Assembly: GCA_019057375.1 (NCBI GenBank)
Contig: DXJF01000030.1
Coordinates: forward strand, 1 to 13,686
Direction: 5' to 3'
Source: Candidatus Heimdallarchaeota archaeon
GTDB taxonomy: Archaea > Asgardarchaeota > Heimdallarchaeia > Heimdallarchaeales > Heimdallarchaeaceae
DNA length: 13,686 nucleotides
Part shown: positions 8,179 to 13,686 of the stretch, one piece after another
How the letters are laid out: each line of letters starts with the position of its first letter
Numbering within the stretch: position 1 is the stretch's first letter
The notes under the pieces: model-generated
What the model saw: only the letters and a program-made list of their open reading frames with translations
Told to the model about the DNA's origin: nothing
Databases searched by the model: none
Made by a program: the position numbers and the translations under genes

Positions 8179-10197
8179 ATGCATACTGAAGAGTCAAAAA
8201 ATATCTTGGAAACATATGTAAACCATTTACAAAGTGTAGGTTTAAATCATCAGGAGAGCTATTCTCTAGTTTTAAAGGTCTGGGTAATGGTCAATAATGA
8301 ATTTATCAAGATTATAGAAGATAACAAGACTATTTCATTAGCGAATATTTATTCATCGAACAACTTTCACTTATCAGATTTTGTACCTCTCTTTGAATAT
8401 TACAAAGTTTCTAAGGTTTTACTTGAGAAAGAATTAGTTGAAAAATTGTGTGATTTCTTAGCAAACATAGATATTGGATTCTTACTCTCGACTATTAAGG
8501 ATTTAAAATCTAGAAAAGTAATAGGACAGTATTTTACAAATCCAGAGATGATAGATCAAGTTTATCGAAACATTACAATCAACTCAGGATTAAAGGGAAA
8601 ATTTTCAGTAATGGATTTCTCTGCAGGATTGGGCTATTTCTTAAAGCCATTTCTAAAAGATAATTGCAGTATTTATGGTGTTGAATTGGATCCATTAATT
8701 TACGAATTAATGTTGTTTAGTTTTCTTTTCCATACCACACTAACAAACAATGTCAAAACAAGATTAGTACTTACTGTCAAGCAAGGAGATTCTCTGATTG
8801 GTTTCAAAGAGAAAATTATCGAAGAAATTTTTTCAAAATCTGTTCTGAAAGAGAATTTTCTTGAACTTATCTCTCTTCGAAACAAGATTCTTGCAACAAA
8901 TAGAAAAATTGATCTTAATGATTTGAAGGAATATTTTGATAGAAGAAGCTTTTTTGCTGAAAGAGCTAAACACTTCAGAAGTTTCAATTGGGTGGTAGAT
9001 TTTCCTGAATTATTTTTTGATCAAAAAGGCAATTTGCTTGAAGAAATTGGTGTAGACTATGTTGTCGGTAATCCACCATGGGTATATTACAAGGATGTAG
9101 ATGAAAAACAGTATAAGAAAGATATTCTTGATCCTCGGATTTCAAATTTTCTAAGAGGTAAATACAACTTTTCCCTTCCATTCGTGATTTTAGCTCATAT
9201 TATTTCGAAAGAAAAAGGCAGTTTAGTAGTTCCTCAAGGGATTTTAACTGAAACATATGCTAAAGAGTGGAGAAAGGAGGTTTTCACTAAAGGGTCTATA
9301 TCTGAAATAATTCTCTGCAAGAAAGATTGGTTTGAGGAGGTTATCAACGAATTCAGCATTATTTTCTGGAACAAAAAAAGCAAGTTCTCTGAAATTAAGC
9401 TAAGAAATGAAATCACTACTTCAGAATTTATAATACCTTATGATTCAATTGATCAGGACTTGAACCTATTAAAATTACTTCCACCAGATATTTTATCATT
9501 CCTTAAAAAGATAGAAGCAAAATCACCGACTCTTTCAGACTTTGTTTCAATTAGGCGAGGTTTAACTCTAAGCAAGATGTATCAAAACTATTATAATAAT
9601 AAGAAAATGGAAACTGAGACGTCAAACCAGATAAAAAAACTACTCAGGAGTAATTCTTTCTTAAACAATAAGGAGAATGGGGTGTTTAATTTTCAACTCT
9701 TTCACTCAGGGAAAACTTTTGTCTATGACAAGAACTTATTAGGAGCACCTGGATCAGAACAACTCTTTGAACAACCAAAAATAATTCGTCGAAATAGAGG
9801 AAAATTATGGTATATAGGAATGGATTTGAATGGAGATTATTATGTCAATGACATTTTCGATATCATGTATTCTAAAAAGAAGCAAATTTCAATTAAAATC
9901 ATTTATGGCTATCTTTGTTCATCCTTTATTCAACTGCTTGCAGAGAGTCTTCTAGTTAGAGATATAACGTCGAATAGTGTAAGACATTTTCCATTTCCCA
10001 AGTTTAATTTTGAACATTTTAGCAAAATAGAGGTGAGTGTTGATAAATGGTTACTTTCTCAAAGTACGGAAAATGATTTTTCGAAAATGCGAAAGGAAGT
10101 GGATGAGATTGTTTTTGATTATTGGAGATTTCCAGACGAAATTAGAATGTACATTGAAAATAATACTTTTCTCCGCTGGAGAGAGAAGGGAAGTTAA
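8179..10197 (+). CDS. Gamma-class N6-adenine DNA methyltransferase (Eco57I/TaqI-like) with C-terminal target-recognition domain; no nuclease domain
   Basis: Motif X RKVIGQYFT, motif I VMDFSAGLGYFL (nt ~8611-8643), IYGVELDP, VKQGDSL, FNWVVDFPELFF...VDYVVGNPPW (NPPW at nt 9070-9081). The C-terminus resembles TaqI_C (PKIIRR...DLNGDYYVND...YGYLCSSFI...FPFP). The motif order X-I-IV-TRD defines the gamma class. Confidence 0.88.
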   Translation: MHTEESKNILETYVNHLQSVGLNHQESYSLVLKVWVMVNNEFIKIIEDNKTISLANIYSSNNFHLSDFVPLFEYYKVSKVLLEKELVEKLCDFLANIDIGFLLSTIKDLKSRKVIGQYFTNPEMIDQVYRNITINSGLKGKFSVMDFSAGLGYFLKPFLKDNCSIYGVELDPLIYELMLFSFLFHTTLTNNVKTRLVLTVKQGDSLIGFKEKIIEEIFSKSVLKENFLELISLRNKILATNRKIDLNDLKEYFDRRSFFAERAKHFRSFNWVVDFPELFFDQKGNLLEEIGVDYVVGNPPWVYYKDVDEKQYKKDILDPRISNFLRGKYNFSLPFVILAHIISKEKGSLVVPQGILTETYAKEWRKEVFTKGSISEIILCKKDWFEEVINEFSIIFWNKKSKFSEIKLRNEITTSEFIIPYDSIDQDLNLLKLLPPDILSFLKKIEAKSPTLSDFVSIRRGLTLSKMYQNYYNNKKMETETSNQIKKLLRSNSFLNNKENGVFNFQLFHSGKTFVYDKNLLGAPGSEQLFEQPKIIRRNRGKLWYIGMDLNGDYYVNDIFDIMYSKKKQISIKIIYGYLCSSFIQLLAESLLVRDITSNSVRHFPFPKFNFEHFSKIEVSVDKWLLSQSTENDFSKMRKEVDEIVFDYWRFPDEIRMYIENNTFLRWREKGS

Positions 10198-10201
10198 TGT
10201 A

Positions 10202-10209
10202 TTTTTATA
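10202..10209 (+). promoter_or_regulatory. TATA box candidate for the uDENN-like gene
   Basis: TTTTTATA lies 25-32 nt upstream of ATG 10234, with no SD motif, consistent with its own leaderless promoter. Confidence 0.55.
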
Positions 10210-10233
10210 CTATTTTGCCTATTAATATAGTAG

Positions 10234-10755
10234 ATGAGCTTCGCCTACTCTGAATTGAATACAATTCTCTTACATGAACAAGAGGAAAAATTCGATAATG
10301 ACCTGATCGATTTAAGTCTTGTTTGTTCAATATTTGATGAAGAGATAGGGCCCACCATAATATACAACGATTCCTTACTTGACAAAGAGGTTTTAGAAAA
10401 TCTCAACATCAAAGTTTTTAGTTTTCTTATGCAAGAAAGCGATTTCGGATCCAATAATTTTGCTAAGATGAGAGGAATAGTTCAGATACCTCACTCAGAT
10501 TATTATACTTCAGCTATAGATATTCTTGTTAGAAAAGAAGGTGTAAATCGCTTCTATGATACTTATGTTCCACTTGTAGTATTCTTGATTTTTCCTAAGA
10601 AGCATTTTGGAACCTATGCAAAGATAGCTATTAGTCTAGAAGAGTTCATTTGCAAGAAATTCGGTGAAGGTTTAAGTCAAATTCCTGCTCTAAAGACATT
10701 AGAAGACTTCATCAAGCAGTTATACACAAAAACCAAAGAATCTAGGCTAGTTTAA
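10234..10755 (+). CDS. Stand-alone uDENN/NPRL2-like longin-fold protein
   Basis: The N-terminal hairpin LVCSIFDEEIGPTIIY matches the (F)D-x(3)-GP-x-I signature of uDENN/NPR2/AVL9-type longins. It is followed by a helix (EVLENLNIKVFSFLM), three strands (RGIVQIP, YYTSAIDILV, PLVVFLIFP) and C-terminal helices. Confidence 0.65.
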   Translation: MSFAYSELNTILLHEQEEKFDNDLIDLSLVCSIFDEEIGPTIIYNDSLLDKEVLENLNIKVFSFLMQESDFGSNNFAKMRGIVQIPHSDYYTSAIDILVRKEGVNRFYDTYVPLVVFLIFPKKHFGTYAKIAISLEEFICKKFGEGLSQIPALKTLEDFIKQLYTKTKESRLV

Positions 10756-10905
10756 ATACTAACTAAGAATGAGCTTAGAAACATTTTTGTCGGAAAATTC
10801 AAGGTTTTTAAGAAAAGTGCCAAGTCAACATGTATGTTTTTAATATTAACTGAATTACATTTACAAAAGATAATTTGTGAATTGAATGTTAAGATCTCTT
10901 TTTAA

Positions 10906-11106
10906 TTATAGTTTGCGAAATTGCTCCTTCTCCTTTAATTTTATGTTTTCAGAGAAGTTTCCTTCATAATACTCCTTAGAAAGGAACTCTTTTAGTGAAT
11001 CCCTGACAAGCTCAGACCTCGAGTCGTAATTCCCCATTGACATCATGTCATTCATCCATTTAATCATGCTATCAGTTACTTTGAAAGTAATTAATCTCTT
11101 CTTCAT
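10906..11106 (-). CDS. Ribbon-helix-helix (CopG/Arc/MetJ-type) transcriptional regulator
   Basis: The 66-aa protein has a beta strand with alternating hydrophobic residues (RLITFKV), helix A (DSMIKWMNDMM), a G-x-Y turn and helix B SRSELVRDSLKEFL, the typical RHH signature. Confidence 0.85.
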   Translation of the reverse strand: MKKRLITFKVTDSMIKWMNDMMSMGNYDSRSELVRDSLKEFLSKEYYEGNFSENIKLKEKEQFRKL

Positions 11107-11138
11107 CTGTTGACCAAGCTATATGCTTCACACTATGC

Positions 11139-11156
11139 ATATAACTTTTTTGTCGG
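11139..11156 (-). promoter_or_regulatory. BRE + TATA promoter of the RHH gene
   Basis: The minus strand reads CCGACAAAAAAG-TTATAT, with the TATA box 33-38 nt upstream of ATG 11106. Confidence 0.6.
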
Positions 11157-11273
11157 AAGCAACGTTTTGTAATACCCGAATGTTACAGTTTGAAAAAAAC
11201 GATATAATTAATCTTCAGATTCATTGAGTAAATAGGCTATATTTTTGATGAACTAGATAAAAAGTGTATAAAT

Positions 11274-12392
11274 TTACTCAGTATCTATTTCAAATTCTGC
11301 GATTTCTTCAAGCTCATTAGCTTCTTTTTTCCAAGCAGAGTATTTCTTCATTATTCCTTCAATGTCGCCTGATATTGACCGTGCAAGTTCTGCTCCTGAA
11401 GCTTTCTCAGCATCTATTTCCTCTACTTTCTTTATTTCTAAGATTGGTGCGCCTTTTAGCTCTTCTCTTGCATCCTTCTCTTCTTCTATTCTATCAAGCC
11501 AGTTTCTATATTTGTCAATTTCCTCTACTTCTGTTCTATGATCCTTTATCATCTGAAAAATCTCTGACCTTAGAGGTTTTGAGACATCCCAAGTCATTTG
11601 CCAGATTAAATCACTCTGATATTGCGAGAACTTTCTATCCATTTTGTTTTCAATGAAAGAAATGAATTTCCAGAATTTTTCTCCCAAAATATCTGATATT
11701 TTTTTCTCCGCTGTTTCTTCATTAGATTCAATACTTAAAGCAGTTTGAATCCCTTCTAATTGTTCATAGACATATTTTCTAATATATGGCCACAAAGTTG
11801 GGAATTCTAGTAATTCTTCTTTTTCTTTTATTTGCTCAACTTCTGGTATTATTTCTGTGTGTTTTTCCTTCTTTTCTTTCACAGATTTCACCAGTTCATC
11901 TATGTCTTTGTACCCATTGTTCCTTGCTATCATCTTCAGAGCTGAATCTATAGAATACAGCAGAGATGCTGGATGTTCCAATTTCGATTCACTCATTAAT
12001 TCTTCTACTGCTAATTCTGAACCTATAGCCCCTAATGACAAAGCAGCTCTACTTTTTACAATTACTTTTGGATCTTTTCTAAGTGAAATTAAAAGAGCAG
12101 ATATCGCTTGAGGAGAAGAAAACTTTCCTAAAGATCTTGAAGCTGCTAATCTGATTTTTTCTTCAGTATCCATGAGGCAATAGATTAGTGTTTCAATAGC
12201 TCTATGGTCAGCAATTTCAGATAAAGCAATAATCGCATAGGTTCTATTCTCAATTGTATCCTGGTTTACTACTTTTATCAAAGGTTCAACAGCTCTCTCG
12301 TCCCTTAGTTCTCCTAGTGCCAAAATAGCTTCTTCTCGTTTTTCAGGTACCTCGTGATTAAGCTGTTTAATTAGCTTATTTAGGCTAACCAT
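11274..12392 (-). CDS. HEAT (PBS-lyase type) repeat protein with uncharacterised charged helical C-terminal region
   Basis: The first ~150 aa hold about five HEAT_PBS-like units (KREEAILALGELRDERAVEPLI; NRTYAIIALSEIADHRAIETLI; IRLAASRSLGKFSSPQAISALL; VKSRAALSLGAIGSELAVEEL). The remaining ~220 aa are Glu/Lys-rich and helical. Confidence 0.85.
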   Translation of the reverse strand: MVSLNKLIKQLNHEVPEKREEAILALGELRDERAVEPLIKVVNQDTIENRTYAIIALSEIADHRAIETLIYCLMDTEEKIRLAASRSLGKFSSPQAISALLISLRKDPKVIVKSRAALSLGAIGSELAVEELMSESKLEHPASLLYSIDSALKMIARNNGYKDIDELVKSVKEKKEKHTEIIPEVEQIKEKEELLEFPTLWPYIRKYVYEQLEGIQTALSIESNEETAEKKISDILGEKFWKFISFIENKMDRKFSQYQSDLIWQMTWDVSKPLRSEIFQMIKDHRTEVEEIDKYRNWLDRIEEEKDAREELKGAPILEIKKVEEIDAEKASGAELARSISGDIEGIMKKYSAWKKEANELEEIAEFEIDTE

Positions 12393-12415
12393 GTTAATTA
12401 TAAGTGAAACTAAAA

Positions 12416-12430
12416 ATATAAAGGTTTTTT
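12416..12430 (-). promoter_or_regulatory. BRE + TATA promoter of the HEAT gene
   Basis: The minus strand reads AAAAAACC-TTTATAT, with the TATA box 24-30 nt upstream of ATG 12392, a textbook leaderless archaeal promoter geometry. Confidence 0.7.
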
Positions 12431-12458
12431 GGGTGATTTGACTAGTTAATCTCGAAAC

Positions 12459-13415
12459 TCAAAGCTTTTTCCTAAAAACATAATCTTCTTTTGCAATCAG
12501 GGTTACAGCTGAATCTTCCTTCTCATCAATTATTTTTAGATCAGAATCTTTTATGATTTCTTCTGAAAACGCTCTTATCTTCTCATACCTTGGCATAATT
12601 TCGTAAGATAATCTCTTTCTAGCATCTCCAACGGACATAAATCCTTTGGGTTCCAGAAAGTGTGCTTCAGATTTTTCAAACCATTCTCTGAACTTTTCTG
12701 GTTCAATCATATTATAGCCAGGTACTAAAGTTAATCTCATAACCTTTCGCGTCTTCAAAGATGGGAGAAGATCTATTGTCTGTAGAATCTTGTCCCACGC
12801 TTCCTTATCTGAAGGTCTTCCTGTTTTTTCAAATGATTCTTTTGTAGGTGCAATCATAGTTAAATATAGTTGAGATGGTAAAGTATCAAGTTGCTCTAGA
12901 ATCTCAGGATTGGTTCCATTTGTCACTAGAAAAGTAGTCATTTTCCTAGAATGAAATTCTTCTATCAGCTCTCCTAGACGAGGATAAAAGGTAGGTTCTC
13001 CACTTAATGAGATAGCAGCATGTTTAGGATTAAATGCTTCATCATATTTCTCCATTGGAACTTTAGCATGATTTTTGTAACCAGCTATCAGTTTACGTTG
13101 ATGATAAATCATAGAATCAACAATTGCTACTGGATCATCTACTTGACAGTTCATTGTACCTTTATTGTACCATGAAGCACTTCTCCAACAGAAAACGCAT
13201 TTCAGATTACACCAGATAGTTGCGGGAGTACACTGTAGACATTGATGAGAATTGATTCCATAGAATTGACTTTTGTAGCAAACTCCTTCTCCCTTTAGTG
13301 AGTGTTTCAACCATGTACAGGTTTTAACAGCTGAATGATTACCTGCGATTCTATACTGTTGTTTCTCGAGCTTCTCTTTAACTTTACTTGGAATGGTACA
13401 TGGTTCTATAGACAT
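12459..13415 (-). CDS. taw1: 4-demethylwyosine synthase Taw1/TYW1 (radical SAM tRNA-Phe modification enzyme)
   Basis: GNHSAVKTC...CYK..FYGI.SHQC (auxiliary cluster Cys residues and catalytic Lys), radical SAM motif CNLKCVFCWR, SLSGEPT, TTFLVTNGT, QLYL and EPKGFMSVG. There is no flavodoxin domain, as expected for the archaeal form. ATG 13415 with GGTG 5 nt upstream is preferred over TTG 13430. Confidence 0.95.
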   Translation of the reverse strand: MSIEPCTIPSKVKEKLEKQQYRIAGNHSAVKTCTWLKHSLKGEGVCYKSQFYGINSHQCLQCTPATIWCNLKCVFCWRSASWYNKGTMNCQVDDPVAIVDSMIYHQRKLIAGYKNHAKVPMEKYDEAFNPKHAAISLSGEPTFYPRLGELIEEFHSRKMTTFLVTNGTNPEILEQLDTLPSQLYLTMIAPTKESFEKTGRPSDKEAWDKILQTIDLLPSLKTRKVMRLTLVPGYNMIEPEKFREWFEKSEAHFLEPKGFMSVGDARKRLSYEIMPRYEKIRAFSEEIIKDSDLKIIDEKEDSAVTLIAKEDYVFRKKL

Positions 13416-13517
13416 TAAAACACCAAACAATGAGTTCTATTTCAATTTATCTAATTGTAAGGTACGAAGAAGTAAATTATCACTTTGGTTTTGGCTTAAA
13501 AGTAATGCGAGAGAATT

Positions 13518-13640
13518 TTGAAAGAGAAGGAAGTTGTTAGCGTATCTCCGTGCAGTCATACTTTTCTTAGAAGTGAATCACTTGATTTGTTGGATTCTGA
13601 TGATATTTGTACAATCTGTAATGAGAAAATCACAATGTAG
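13518..13640 (+). CDS. Putative 40-aa RING-like zinc-binding micro-protein (or RING pseudogene fragment)
   Basis: Manual translation from TTG 13518 gives MKEKEVVSVSPCSHTFLRSESLDLLDSDDICTICNEKITM* (TAG 13638-13640), containing P-C-x-H-x-F and C-x2-C. It is below the length cut-off of the ORF track, and the start codon is uncertain. Confidence 0.4.
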   Translation: MKEKEVVSVSPCSHTFLRSESLDLLDSDDICTICNEKITM

Positions 13641-13686
13641 ATATTAGTATTAATGATTAAAAATTAAAAAGTAAATATATATGAAA

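Larger units (their letters stand above)
10784..11158. repeat. Identical 12-bp direct repeat TTTTTGTCGGAA (10784-10795 and 11147-11158) flanking the RHH gene
   Basis: Both copies were read directly from the sequence, and both are intergenic. Confidence 0.6.

Noticed and set aside
8179-10755. Complete restriction-modification, BREX or DISARM system (MTase plus downstream gene as nuclease)
   Set aside because: The 173-aa downstream protein has a uDENN-like signature and its own TATA box rather than a nuclease motif, and no pglZ, brxC, helicase or hsdR gene is present.
10769-10843. 24-aa ORF MSLETFLSENSRFLRKVPSQHVCF
   Set aside because: It is very short, has no motif or clear promoter, and lies in the T-rich terminator zone of the upstream gene.
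11192-11208. Plus-strand GAAAAAAAC-GATATAAT resembling BRE-TATA (antisense promoter toward the HEAT gene)
   Set aside because: The A7 run is more simply the minus-strand oligo-T terminator of the HEAT transcript, and no ORF or structured RNA follows.
4949-11656. Short ORFs 4949-5185, 6696-6884, 8700-8987, 8984-9181, 9234-9416, 10037-10225, 10245-10454 and 11375-11656
   Set aside because: All lie largely or wholly within well-supported longer genes, on the opposite strand or in another frame, and have no motifs.
11857-12111. 84-aa plus-strand ORF
   Set aside because: It is an antisense shadow of the HEAT gene.
13430-13540. 36-aa plus-strand ORF from ATG 13430
   Set aside because: It overlaps the presumed taw1 promoter region and has no recognisable motif; the alternative frame with the Cys/His pattern is better supported.
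13681-13686. ATG AAA at the window end after an AT-rich stretch, a possible start of the next gene
   Set aside because: Only two codons are visible, which is not enough to support a feature.
1-13686. CRISPR array, tRNA/rRNA, IS element or integrase
   Set aside because: I saw no regularly spaced repeats, cloverleaf or rRNA-like GC-rich segments, transposase or recombinase motifs, or terminal inverted repeats.

Overview
This AT-rich window (roughly 30% GC by eye) is archaeal, based on taw1 and BRE/TATA promoters. It is very probably from an Asgard archaeon because it carries three longin-fold genes; a Heimdallarchaeia-like origin is an inference. Gene order: a 5'-truncated MFS transporter fused to a DUF47/PhoU-like domain (+); a secreted, C-terminally anchored metzincin metalloprotease (+); two tandem paralogous proteins of about 680 aa, each a 40-residue-period TPR solenoid ending in a longin domain (-); a divergently transcribed orphan gamma-class N6-adenine DNA methyltransferase with no nuclease (+); a stand-alone uDENN/NPRL2-type longin protein (+); a ribbon-helix-helix regulator (-); a HEAT-repeat protein (-); taw1/TYW1 (-); and a 40-codon RING-like micro-ORF absent from the ORF track (+). 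The best candidate for an undescribed system is the pair of TPR-longin proteins plus the neighbouring uDENN longin, a possible prokaryotic analogue of longin-heterodimer GTPase regulators; no GTPase gene lies in the window. The MFS-DUF47 fusion is a second notable architecture. I see no rRNA, tRNA, CRISPR array or transposase. All domain calls come from motif reading, not database searches.
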